This document shows, in pieces, positions 20,985 to 31,404 of a stretch of DNA of 31,404 bases; positions within the stretch are counted from its first letter, which is position 1, and every line of letters starts with the position of its first letter. This DNA comes from Malacoraja senta. Lineage: Eukaryota. The notes beneath the pieces were generated by a model. That model had not been told where the DNA came from, did not search any database, and was given only the letters and a program-made list of their open reading frames with translations. The DNA is taken from assembly GCA_038087875.1 (NCBI GenBank), contig JAXLNO010000456.1, positions 124,001 to 155,404 on the forward strand, written 5' to 3'. The position numbers and the translations under genes are program-made.

Positions 20985-21401
20985 GCCTATTTCCTTCGCT
21001 CCATAGATGCTGCTGCACCCGCTGAGTTTCTCCAGCATTTTTGTGTACCTACAATGGTTACAATGGTTGTTTGTTTGTCACGTGCACCGCTAGGTGGCGC
21101 ATTTCCACCGCTAAGTGATCCCCTGAAGCAGCGCAAAGACTTTGTGGGGAAGCTCTGCACAATCTACAGCCACTGGAGACTCGGGGGTTGGGTCCTATGT
21201 AACATTGCAAGGATTTCTCAGGATTGCCCCCACCATTCAATATGATCATGAATGATCTGCACTAACCTTGTTTGTGTCAGCTCCCTTTCACCCTCAATTC
21301 CCGGGCTATCAAATATATAGCCCGGGAATTGAGGCTATTTCCACGAGTAGTACTCTACTCAATAACCAAATAACCAATAACCAAAATCTGTGGCCTCCTT
21401 T

Positions 21402-21611
21402 TGTAAAGACTGTCCAAACACATGGTGTCTTCACTCTAGTTTATTGCATACATTGTATTTGTATACATACATATTGCCCTAGCTGTTCGTGGTCCGTTAC
21501 CGGAGCTAGAGAGCGAGCTAGGGGTGGGAAGGTTACATTTATACTGAAGCTAATGGGGAGTGGTTAGTAGAAGTGAGGTCACCATGTTAAAGGAACATGC
21601 ACGGCTCTACA
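21402..21611 (-). repeat. 3' LTR
   Basis: Two mismatches to 25936-26145; AATAAA on the - strand. Confidence 0.97.
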
Positions 21612-21622
21612 TCCTTCCCCTT
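21612..21622 (-). other. Polypurine tract
   Basis: AAGGGGAAGGA directly before the 3' LTR. Confidence 0.85.
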
Positions 21623-21715
21623 GAAAAGGGAAACATAGCAATGATGACAGTGAGACCACGACTCATACGCTAGGCACAAACCCGCGCGTACATCGTCAGG
21701 AAAAACTTAAAACAT

Positions 21716-24700
21716 TCAAGCAAACTCCCCGTAACGTTCAGGCGGCTTGACCAGACGCCCGGAGCGGGTATGCAGCCCGCCTCTCCCCCCCTCCGAAGGT
21801 AGAGTGGGCACCGGGGCAGGAGCGGCGATAGGTGAACCGAAAGGGGAGTGAGCAGGAGGGGGAGAACGAGGAGACCGGGGAGGAGACAAGTGCACCGCAA
21901 CGGGCACGCGAGCGGGAGATGGCTGATGGGGGGGGGGGGGGGGCCAGGAGGAGCAGCGGGAGAACGGGGCGCCAAGGGTCGCGAGGGCAGAGGAGCGGGA
22001 GGCAACGAGGCGGCAACCGGGGGAGCAAAAGGGGCTGCGGGAGGCGGAGCGGGCTCGCTGACCGGCAGCAAATGCTGGCGGGACCGGCGGTAGATTGTGC
22101 CCTCGTAGTCAACCAGGTAAGAGCGCGGAGAGTCGGCAAAGCCGATGACAACAGCCAAGCGGTGGTGTCCGGAGGGGGACTGCATCCGGACGACCTGGCC
22201 CTCGAAGAGGGGCTGAAGGGGACGGCATGACTTGTCGTGGGAGCGCTTCTGGACGACCTGTTTCTGGGTAATACGCTTCTGGACAGCAGCAGGGCTGCGG
22301 ACTGCGGGCCGTAGCGACCGCTGGGAGACAGGGATTGGAGGGCGAGTGGTGCGGGACATGCGCCGTTGAGCCGGTGAGCCCATGGCAGGGTCGCGACTAA
22401 TATTTCGGAGATTCAGTAGAGCGAGATAAAAATCCGAATGCGACAGTCTGCAATGTTCCAGCAGCTCCTTGGCACTGCGGACGGCGCGCTCAGCAAGGCC
22501 GTTGCTCTGCGGGTACTCCGGGCTGCTGGTGATGTGGCGAAAGTTGTAGGCGGCGGCGAATGCGCGGAACTCAGCACTCGTGAACTGGCCCCCGTTGTCA
22601 GACTGCACAGTCACAGGAATGCCAAAGGTTGCAAAGAGGGGTTGCAACGTCCCGATGACCGCAGCAGAAGTGAGGGAGTGCAGACGCTTAATCTCGAACC
22701 AGCTGGAGTAAGAGTCGACCAGGACCAGGAAATGTTTGCCACGTCACTCAAATATGTCCGTAGCGACCGCCATCCACGCCAGGGCGGGGGCAGGCTGTTG
22801 CAGGAGTGGCTGGCGTTGCTGGTGGGGAGAGAGGGTATTGCAGGTGGAGCAGGCAGAGACCCTCTCCCGGATGTCCTGTGCCATGCTGGGCCAATAAAAT
22901 TGGCTCTGGGCCTGGGACAGGGTGGCATCGGCACCGGGATGGCCGTTGTGGGCAGTTTGGAAATAGTGGTCCCGCAGAGCGGCAGGCACCACAACCTTGT
23001 GGCCCTTCACCACCACGCCGCCCTGCAGCACAAGTTCGTCCCGGACTAGGAAGTAGGGCGCAGCACCAGCCGGCAAGGGTGAGCGACGGTCAGGCCAGCC
23101 GCGACGGATGACGTCTATAAGCTGTTGCAGGGCAGGATCCTTGGCAGTGTGGTGAATCAGGGACTGCATCTGCTGGGAAGGCATGAAGTTGACGTTTAGC
23201 ACCATCAGGTCGGATGACTCGTACGGGTGGCGGGCTGTAGAAGCCAACGGTGCGCGGGACAGCGTGTCAGCCACAAACATGTCCTTGCCCTTGCGGTACA
23301 CGATTTGAAACGTGAAGCGTTGGAGTTGCAACATCATACGCTGCAAACGGGAAGAGGCAACGTGGATCGGTTTGTTTAAGATCGTGACCAACGGCTGGTG
23401 GTCGGTTTCGATAGTGAAGGTGTTACCTATAATGTAGTCCCTGAACTTCGAGCAGGCAAACACCACGGCAAGGAGCTCTTTCTCGATCTGAGCGTAGCGT
23501 TGCTCGGTTGGAGTCATGGTGCGGGAGGCGTAGGAGACAGGTAGCTGCAGGCGGTCGTGGATCTGCAGGCAGGCGGCACCGAGACCGAAACTTGATGCAT
23601 CGCAGGTAATGACGATAGGGCGCTTTAAGTCGAAGAACTTCAGAGTGGGGGCGCGAACCAGCCGGGATTTCAAGTCATCGAAGTCTGCCTGATGCAGCGG
23701 GTACGAAACCCAGGCAGTGTCCATCTTGGTCAGTTCCCTCAGGGGCGCACTCAGCTCGCTGAGGTCGGGAATAAATTTCCCCAGATAGTTCATCATGCCA
23801 AGAAGCGTTGCAGGCTTGGCACGTTGACCGGAGCTGGCATCTCTGAGACCGCAGCTGTCTTCTGTGGGTCTGGTTTCAGACCCTCAGCCGTAAAAACGTG
23901 GCCCACGTAGGTGACCTCCGGGACGCGGAAACGGCACTTCTTGGGGTTCAGTTTGAGGTTGATTTCCCGAGCCCGATCCAGGACACCAGACGGAGGTGGA
24001 GGTCGTGCTCAGCGACGTCCCTCCCGTACACCAAGATGTCATCAACGATGATAGCACACGGCAGACCTGCAAATAGCTGCTCCATGGTGCGCTGGAAAAC
24101 CTCGCTGGCAGAATTGATCCCGAAAGGCATGCGGAGGAAACGGAACCTGCCGAAAGGTGTACCAAACGTGGTCAGTAAAGATGAACGTTCATCCAGCGGA
24201 ATCTGCCAGAAAGAGTTCTTGGCATCGAGGACAGAGAATACAGTGGCCGGGCCAACCTTTGCAGCGACATCCTCCACCGTTCGCATGGGGTAGTGCGGGC
24301 GCTTGATGGCAAGGTTTAGGTCCTTGGGGTTTATACAGATCCGAATCTCACTCTTGTCCTTCTTAGCAGCAACGACCATGGTGGAGACCCACCGGGTGGC
24401 ATCGATCACTTCCTTGATGATGCCCATGGCCACCATCTGGCGTAGAGTGGACTCCACCTTGTCCTTCATAGCAAAGGAGACGCGGTGAGGAGGGCGGACC
24501 ACCGGATGGACCTCCGGGTCCACCTCGATTTCGTACTTGCAGGGTAGTTTGCCCAATACTTCGTCAAAACGGTCGGGGTATTCGCACATGGGGTCCATGG
24601 GGGTCTGCACCGGGTGGATATCGTGGTGGAAGGAAACCAAACCGAGGTCCTGGCACGCACTGGCGCCCAACAGAGTAACATTCTCAGATTCCAGCAGGAG

Positions 24701-25843
24701 GAAAGAGAGGGGCCGAGAGGCCTTCAGAACTGAGCAGATAAGGGTGGCCTTGCCGACTGGGAATAGCATGCTCCCCCCATATGCACGGAGGCGGGAGTGA
24801 TCAGCGGTAATGTTCTCACCAGCTCTTATCTGTTGAAAAAGACTTAACGACATAATATTCGTAAACGCCCCCGTATCTACCTTAGCAGAGAAGGTCATCC
24901 CATTCACAGTAACTCGAACTGATGGATCAGCTATCAAAGCATATGCACCCAGGACTGAAAAAACAAGCGATTCATCATGGGAGGAGCTGTTATCAGAATC
25001 AGGGAGTTCGACTGGAAGGTATTCGGAGTCATAAACACTGTCAGTAGCAGTCAGGTTGTGTAGACTCTTTCTCGGAGCAGGGACAGGCTGGCCCCTGGAA
25101 CGGCACGCTGCGGAGAAGTGATTAAGCTTCTTACACAAATTACAAGTCTTACCCAGAGCAGGGCAAACATCAAATTGATGATTGACAAAGTTGCAGTTTG
25201 GGCATCGGCGAGGGTTGACCCTTGCAGGCGCAGGGGTGCTACGCTGGCGTGGCGGGCCATCGCGCCGCGGGCGTCCAGCAGCACCGGCATAGTTAATGTC
25301 CTCAGCTTCAGGGGGAGATACGGCGTCGACAGCAGCAGACATGCGAGAGGCATGCAAAGCGTCGTTTAAAGTGAGGTCCGGCTTTCTCAGAAGCTCAGCC
25401 CGTAGCTTCACGTCCTGTAGACCGTGAACTAGGACATCTCTGATCAACTGATCGGGGGTCAACGTCTCCAGGTGGCAACGCCGGGCCAGGTGACGCAGCG
25501 ATGCCACGAAGGTATCGATGTGCTCCCCGGGTTTCTGGCGCCTGCTGAAAAACTTGAACCGCTCTAGAATGGAGTTGGTGGGAATGTCACACAGCGCGGC
25601 AAATTTATTGATGAGACACACGGGGTCCTCTGCATTCTCACCATCGGCGTACTCAAAAGATTCAGAACGTTCCATGGTCTCCGGGCCATCCAGGTTGAGG
25701 AGCAGATGTGCTGTAATCGCAGGGGTAATATTAGGATGAGCGATGGCGACATAGTGCTGGAAGTCGCGCCAGAAAATAGTCCACCGGTGGACGATGTCCG
25801 AGTCAAACACCAAAACGTCAGGCTTTCGACACGAGGTGGCCAT
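21716..25843 (-). pseudogene. Disrupted single gag-pol frame (about 1375 codons when repaired)
   Basis: Tandem zinc knuckles CPNC..H..C and CNLC...H....C, KVDTGA, LDAKNSFWQ, IVDD, CDASSFG, TDHQPL, HHCC, SDNG, NGLAER and C-terminal TRSGRLVKPP. Lesions: +2 at about 23984, -1 at about 23799, TGA at 22744-22746, and a shift near the G-run at about 21930. Confidence 0.92.
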
Positions 25844-25921
25844 AGTACATAAATAGTTGGAAAGGAAAATAAACACTTGGAGAAAAGAAAACAAACCCGA
25901 TTAACAGGAGACGCAGGGTTA

Positions 25922-25935
25922 ACTTCTTGACACCA
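25922..25935 (-). other. Primer-binding site, probably tRNA-Leu
   Basis: TGGTGTCAAGAAGT right after the 5' LTR; resembles the tRNA-Leu complement TGGTGTCAGAAGT with one extra A. Confidence 0.7.
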
Positions 25936-26145
25936 TGTAAAGACTGTCCAAACACATGGTGTCTTCACTCTAGTTTATTGCATACATTGTATTTGTATAC
26001 ACACATATTGCCCTAGCTGTTCGTGGTCCGTTACCGGACCTAGAGAGCGAGCTAGGGGTGGGAAGGTTACATTTATACTGAAGCTAATGGGGAGTGGTTA
26101 GTAGAAGTGAGGTCACCATGTTAAAGGAACATGCACGGCTCTACA
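25936..26145 (-). repeat. 5' LTR
   Basis: Direct repeat of 21402-21611. Confidence 0.97.
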
Positions 26146-26150
26146 CCTTT

Positions 26151-26332
26151 TGCTCTGGTATTTAATTTAATTCCGATGTTTAATCAATAATGTTTTGTTA
26201 TTAATGTTTTATGTTTTATGTGTCATTCCTAACTGTCACTGCAAGTCATGTTGTCACTTGCGGGCGGGGCGCCAAGGCAAATTCCTTGTATGTGAATACT
26301 TGGCCAATACACTTATGCATTCATTCATATCT
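26151..26332 (+). mobile_element. LINE 3'UTR fragment interrupted by the Gypsy insertion
   Basis: AT-rich UTR ending ggccaatacac...(cattc/attc)n; appears to continue from about 21350-21401. Confidence 0.45.
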
Positions 26333-26569
26333 ATCTATATCTACAAATATGGATGGCACAGCTGGGAGAGATTCTGCCTCTCCGACCAAATGTCCCATCT
26401 ACACTAGTCCCACCTGCTTGCGTTTGCCCAATGTCCTTCTGAACCTTTCTTATACATGTATCTGTCCGAATGTTGCAAAACATACTTGTTGAATAAAGTG
26501 TGATTCTGATTCTGATTCTGATATATTATATATGTTGTGATAGTATCTGCCTAACTGCCTCCTCTGGCA

Positions 26570-26875
26570 GACACTAAATGCTGGAGTAACTCAGCGGGAC
26601 AGCAGACAGACAAAAATGCTGCAGAAACTCAGCGGGTGAGGCAGCATCTATGGAGCAAAAGAATAGGTGACGTTTCGGGTCGAGACCCTTCCTCCGACCC
26701 GAAACGTCACCTATTCTTTCGCTCAATAGATGCTGCCTCACCCGGTGAGTTTCTCCAGCATTTTTGTCTACCTTCGATTTTTCCAGCATCTGCAGTTCTT
26801 TCTTAAACAGCGGGACAGCAGCATCTCTGAAGAGAAGGAATGGGTGACGTTTCGGATCGGGACCCTTCGTCAGAC
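26570..26875 (-). mobile_element. PLE-terminus-derived repeat containing a nested fold-back PLE-terminus element (26606-26807)
   Basis: 14-bp duplication cagcgggacagcag at 26592-26605 and 26808-26821; inverted arms at 26608-26682 and 26695-26769. Confidence 0.8.
26846..26873 (-). ncRNA. Minimal hammerhead-ribozyme-like motif
   Basis: The - strand reads CUGACGA-A-GGGUC-CC-GAUCC-GAAAC-GUC. Confidence 0.55.
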
Positions 26876-27108
26876 TTCCTCGGTCAGCTCATTCCATGTA
26901 TCCACCGCCCTTAGTGTCTCTCATTTGCCTCTTGTTCAATCTTGACTCTCTCATTTTTAAATGAATTTTAGATTAAATTGAACCGATATCCCAGTGACAC
27001 GAAACATTTCCATTTTATAAACATCCATTTATTTCACTAAATACATTTAGGACAGAAAATCTGCCCGCATTTCCTGTGTACCGGACCTGCAAATGTAACT
27101 GAACTCGC

Positions 27109-27705
27109 GTCATAAGGTCATAATTGATGGGAGTAGAGTAGATGAGAGGCCCATCAAGTCTGATCTGCGATTCAATCATGGCTGATCTATCACTCCCTCC
27201 TAACCCTATTCTCCTGCCTTCTCTCCATAAACTCTGACACCTGAACTAATCACAAATCTCTCTATCTGTGCCTTAAAAATATCCACTGACTTGGCCTCCA
27301 CAGCCTTCTGTGGCAAAGAATGCCACAGATTCTCAACCCTGTGACGAAATACATTCTTCCTCATTTCCTTCCTCAATGAATGTCATTTCATTCTGAGGCT
27401 ATGACCTCGAGTCCTAGACTCTCCCACTAGTCCAAAAACATCCTCTCCACGTCCACTCTATCCAAGCCTTTCACTATTCTGTACTTCAATGAGGCCCCTC
27501 CTCATTCTTCTAAACTCCAGCAAATGCAGGCCCAGTACCGTCAAACGCTCATCAGGGGTTAACCTACTCATTCCTGGGATCATTCTTGTAAACCTCCTCT
27601 GGACCCTCTCCAGAGTCAGCACATCCTTCCTCAGATATGGCGCCCAAAATTACTCACAATATTCAAACTGCGGCCTGACCAGCGCCTTATAGAACCTCAG
27701 CATGA
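27109..27705 (-). mobile_element. CR1 3' fragment
   Basis: ORF2 C-terminal remnant, 3'UTR and tail homologous to 18832-19122 and 31105-31404. Confidence 0.85.
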
Positions 27706-27957
27706 CATTTAACTCAACGGGTATTTGGAATAAACAATAATAACAGTAGCAACGCTGCCTGCATCCACAACCAGAGAATAAATACAAATGACCTGTAACG
27801 AAAGATCTTTCAATAACCATGTTATTCATGTGACCTTTAGATTAATAATTGACTAGAAAGCCCTTGCATTGCTCTCGGGCTGGATAGGTGACTGGAAGCT
27901 CCAGTTTAATAGTTGGTAAGATTGGAAAGCTATTTCGGGCAGGTTTTAATGCGTAAA

Positions 27958-28162
27958 CGTTAGCTTTAAAGACACAGCATGGAGGCAGGCCCTTCGGCCC
28001 ACAGAGTTCACTATGACCACCGACCCTCCATTCACAGTCGTTCTATGTTATTCCACTTTCTCACGCCTCCACACGAGGGCCAACTAACTCACAACAGGCG
28101 CAAGCCGCAACTGGAGCCCCCGGAGGAACCCCCGTGGTCACAGAGAGAACATGCAAACTCCA
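27958..28162 (-). mobile_element. V-SINE/HE1-like SINE remnant
   Basis: The - strand has ggagtttgcatgttctc...gggttcctccgggggctccag (V-domain-like) followed by a CR1-like 3' tail. Confidence 0.65.
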
Positions 28163-28167
28163 CATGG

Positions 28168-28385
28168 AGTCATAGAGTGATACAGTGTAGAAACAGGCCC
28201 TTCGGCCCCACTTGCCCACACAAGCCGACATGTCCCAGCATCACCAGTGCCACCTGCCTGCGTTTGGTCCATATCCCTCCAAACCTGTCCTGTCCATGTA
28301 CCTGACTAACTACACAGCCTCAATTAACTCCTCTGGCAGCTTGTTCCATACACCCACCACACCTTTTGTGAAAAATGTATCCCGC
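28168..28385 (-). mobile_element. CR1-type 3' end of a different subfamily
   Basis: (catagagt) tail, aaacaggcccttcggccc, and ggcagcttgttccatac (VWNKLP on the - strand). Confidence 0.65.
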
Positions 28386-28517
28386 AGAGTCCTTATTTCT
28401 TATTTAGAGTCCCAGCTTATCCTATCTCTAGAATAGAGACCCAGCCTACTCAACCTCTCCCTATTGCTCAGATCCTCTAGTCCTGGCAAATTCTCGAAAG
28501 AATTTGGTCCCATAATT

Positions 28518-29519
28518 TGTTTTGGTCCCCTATTTTAAGGAAGGACATTCTTGCTATTGAGGGAGTGCAACGTAGGTTCACAAGGTTAATTCCCGGGATG
28601 GCGGGACTGTCATATGCTGAAAGAATGGAGCGGCTGGGCATGGCTACTCTGGAATTTAGAAGGATGAGAGGGAATCTTATTGAAACATAAAAGATCATTA
28701 AGGGGTTGGACATGCTAGAGGCAGGAAACAAGTTCCCGATGTTGGGGGAGTCCAGATCCAGGGGCCACAGTTTAAGAATAAGGAGTACGCCATTTAGAAC
28801 GGAGATGAGGAATCACTTTTTCCCAGAGGGTTGTGAGTCTGTGGAATTCTCTACCACGGAAGGCAGTGGAGGCCAATTCCCTGGATGCTTTCAAGAGATA
28901 GAGCTCTTAATGATAGCGGAGTCAGGGGATATAGGTGGGTTGCACGTAAGGTCATCGGGTCAACGGGCGTGACGCACGGAGCAGCTCAATCATCCTGGAG
29001 GACATGGCGGCATCGGCACACACTGTTAACACACGGCAGGCGTACCTTCTTAACTGTTAAACACCGCCGAAATTGACTTTTTTTTGCGCTAGAAATATTT
29101 GTGGGTGCTGTCATTGAAAGCGGGAAGGTTTGCTTTGAACCCGAGCACCAAGGTGTAAGCGGCCGAATGAGCGCATCCCTCGGGACAGCCCCCACTCTGC
29201 CCCGCCACCCCCTCCCCGGGTCAGCGCTGTCCGGCCACGGCTGCCCTCCGCCCCGTCTCCCTCTGTGGGCCGCACTGTCACGTTGGCAGCGCACACACAA
29301 GGGGCCGCGGCTGGGGAGTCACTGCGTGTCCTCCAGTTGTCGTTGCGTGGCAACAGTACGGGTGACGGGGCATGACTCGACTCCGTGCAACCTCCCTCTG
29401 GCGAGAAGGCAGGAACGGGGTTCTTAGTGTGGATGATCAGCCATGATCACATTGAATGACGGTGCTGGCTCGGAAGGGCCGAATGGCCTTCTCCTGCACC
29501 CATTGTCTGTTGTCTATTG
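28518..29519 (+). mobile_element. CR1 3' fragment split by an insertion of about 465 bp
   Basis: ...gtcaggggata at 28931 resumes as tggcgagaaggcaggaacgggg at 29399; tail (ctattgt)n. Confidence 0.85.
28933..29397. mobile_element. Putative non-autonomous DNA transposon (MITE-like)
   Basis: Interrupts a CR1; imperfect terminal inverted repeats aggtgggttgcacg and cgtgcaacctccct; no coding similarity. Confidence 0.55.
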
Positions 29520-29625
29520 AAAGAGGAGGTGTTGTTCCTCGAGTTTGCGTGTGGTCTTACTCTGACAGTGGAGGAGGCCCAGGGCAAAAAGGTTGCTCTG
29601 GGAATGTGAAGGTGAGTTAAAATGT
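29519..29625 (-). mobile_element. PLE GIY-YIG C-terminal fragment
   Basis: HFNSPSHSQSNLFALGLLHCQSKTTRKLEEQHLLF, homologous to about 20678-20780. Confidence 0.8.
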
Positions 29626-29659
29626 CCGCGGGTTTACTGCTGGTTCCCTGACTGTGCAG

Positions 29660-29734
29660 CGTGTTGATTGGACAAGCGCGGTACCTCAGGTGTGTTTAGC
29701 GCCTCCCCGAAAGTGAAGTCAGGAAGTGGCGAGA
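29660..29734 (+). promoter_or_regulatory. Putative TRIM proximal promoter
   Basis: Reverse CCAAT (29667-29671), IRF-like GAAAGTGAAGT (29709-29719) and ETS CAGGAAGTG (29720-29728). Confidence 0.4.
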
Positions 29735-30145
29735 ATGGCTGCCGAACAGCAGGTTGAGAGTTTACGCGAAGAACTAATTTGTCCCATCTGCCTGGATATC
29801 TTCACCGATCCGGTGTCCCTGCAGTGCGGCCACAACTTCTGCCGCTCCTGCATCACACAGTGTTGGGAAAGAGAGGGGAGAAACTCCTGCCCGGAATGTA
29901 GAGCGGTATTTGCAGACCGCACCCTGATTGTGAATTGGGCCTTGTCAAGTCTGGCTGAGAAAACTCACAATTTAAATCTGAATCAGAAAGGGAAGGAAAG
30001 TAAACTTCACTGCGAGAAACATCAGGAAGAACTGAAGCTGTTTTGTGAAACTGACAAGAAATTGGTCTGTGTGATTTGTCGAGACGCGCGGGAACACAGA
30101 GAGCACCGCTTCATACCGGTAGAAGAAGCTGTTGAAAACTACAAG
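29735..30145 (+). CDS. TRIM gene coding exon 1 (C3HC4 RING plus B-box 2)
   Basis: CPICLDIFTDPVSLQCGHNFCRSCI...CPEC and CEKHQEELKLFCETDKKLVCVICRDAREHREH; 411 nt; donor AAG|gtaaaa. Confidence 0.95.
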
Positions 30146-30244
30146 GTAAAAGCAAACATCTTATGATCACATTAATTCTACAGCGTTTTTTCTCATGTAC
30201 AACTCTTTAATTTCGCTTTTTCTTTTTTGCAAACCCATTTTCAG

Positions 30245-30340
30245 GCTCAGATGAAATCTTCCATAGAATCTCTCACGAAAAAAAATTCAGAGATACAGGA
30301 AATGGAACAATTGCAGAAAACAAAGATTTCTGGAGTTAGG
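30245..30340 (+). CDS. TRIM coding exon 2 (coiled coil, 96 nt)
   Basis: tttcag|GCT...AGG|gtaagg; AQMKSSIESLTKKNSEIQEMEQLQKTKISGVR; 96 nt is the typical size in B30.2 TRIMs. Confidence 0.92.
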
Positions 30341-30424
30341 GTAAGGTCTCCGCCTTCGCTGTGTGATCCCGTGCAGATTTAACTCCCTTATGGCAATATA
30401 ATAATATCCACATTCTCTTCACAG

Positions 30425-30658
30425 GAACAGTCCCGCAGTCTGCAGTCCCACATCACATCACACTTCACTAAAAAGCGGCAAATTCTCGCTGAGGAAGAGC
30501 AGCGTTTACTCAAAGATCTCAGGGAAGCAGAGGAGAATAGTATAGATATAATGGAGACAAATCTTCAAGCAATTCAAGCGAACTTAAATTCCATGCAGGA
30601 GAAACTCACAAAGCTACAGGAACGGATGAATCAAAAAGACATTGTGATATTTCTAATG
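30425..30658 (+). CDS. TRIM coding exon 3 (coiled coil, 234 nt); gene presumably continues past the window
   Basis: cacag|GAA...ATG|gtgaga; open frame EQSRSLQSHITSHF...QKDIVIFLM. Confidence 0.92.
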
Positions 30659-31101
30659 GTGAGAATTTCTTTTCATTTTAGGCCAAATCAAGTGCCCACA
30701 GAAAATGCACAACTTCTCGGGAATAAGTGGAGACCTTGACACTAAATGTTTGATTGTTCCTCTGTTTCCCAAGCTACATATTACATTTAAACTAACACTA
30801 AAATCCAGCTACACTTGCCTGCTGTGAGTGTGTCTGGTGTAGCGGGTGTGAGAGGCAGTGCATGAATTAATGGGAACTGACATTCAGTTACAGACCTTGA
30901 CACTTATGCCAGATATATATATAATCTAAATCCTGTTTGTAAAATCAGTGTTTGATAACTTTGGGGTGTTTTGTTTGAAATCCTTTGATAATGTAAAATC
31001 TATTATCAAAACGTTCCTTTTAGATTTGCAAGTAAATATGTCCCGTGATGTAGAGCTTTCCTGTCCATTTAATTGATATATTTTCTTCATCTTTGTTTTT
31101 A

Positions 31102-31404
31102 TCATAAGGACAAAAAAGATAGGAGTAGATTAGGCCCATCAAGTCGACGCGACCATTTAATCACGGATGGCCTATCTCTCCCTCCTAACACCATTCTCCT
31201 GCCTTCTCCCCATAACCTCTGACACACGTACTAATCAATAATCTATCTATCTTTGCCTTAAAAATATCCACTGACGGATTCCACAGCCTTCTGTGGCAAA
31301 TAATTTCACAGATTTACCACTTTCGGACAAGAAAATTCTCCCCATCTGTTTCCTAAAAGAACGTCCTTTAATTCTGAGGCTATGACTTCTCGTCCTAGAC
31401 TCTC
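31102..31404 (-). mobile_element. CR1 3' fragment in TRIM intron 3
   Basis: Homologous to 27109-27425. Confidence 0.85.

Larger units (their letters stand above)
19255..21048 (+). mobile_element. 5'-truncated Penelope-like element (RT plus GIY-YIG endonuclease) with TSD
   Basis: Flanked by ctacaatggttacaatg at 19238-19254 and 21049-21065. RT and GIY-YIG motifs present; 3' terminal region has a hammerhead-like core. Confidence 0.92.
21402..26145 (-). mobile_element. Full-length Ty3/Gypsy LTR retrotransposon, Mag-like
   Basis: 210-bp TG...CA LTRs, 5-bp TSD ccttt (21397-21401 and 26146-26150), PBS, PPT, and order gag-PR-RT-RH-IN. Confidence 0.97.

Noticed and set aside
21832..23111. GC-rich + strand ORFs up to 203 aa
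   Set aside because: Antisense to Gypsy pol; expected from high GC.
29726..30166. ORF-track TRIM protein starting at GTG 29726 and ending KVKANIL*
   Set aside because: ATG 29735 is the likelier start, and the frame splices at 30145 into exons 2 and 3, so it is not a truncated protein.

Overview
Repeat-rich vertebrate DNA. The repeat families suggest a cartilaginous fish, probably a skate or ray (inference). It is part of a TRIM/B30.2 gene cluster: an open PRY-SPRY exon (6485-7017, +), a frameshifted PRY-SPRY pseudo-exon (about 14978-15512, -), and the first three coding exons (RING, B-box, coiled coil) of a TRIM gene starting at 29735 (+). Most of the rest is transposable elements. These include a near-full-length CR1 LINE (1-4455, -) with intact ORF1 and a stop-free ORF2 that the ORF track misses because it runs off the window; a decayed DIRS-like element (about 9982-14220, -); a 5'-truncated Penelope-like element (PLE) with a target-site duplication (TSD) (19255-21048, +); a complete but disrupted Mag-like Ty3/Gypsy element (21402-26145, -); and many CR1, Rex1/Babar, Tx1, Tc1 and SINE fragments. 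The most notable signals are RNA-level: a canonical U-UUA-AAC slippery heptamer at the CR1 ORF1/ORF2 junction, and several minimal hammerhead-ribozyme-like motifs in PLE-derived repeats, one in a fold-back mini-element inserted into another copy. Family assignments come from motif recognition by eye, not database searches.
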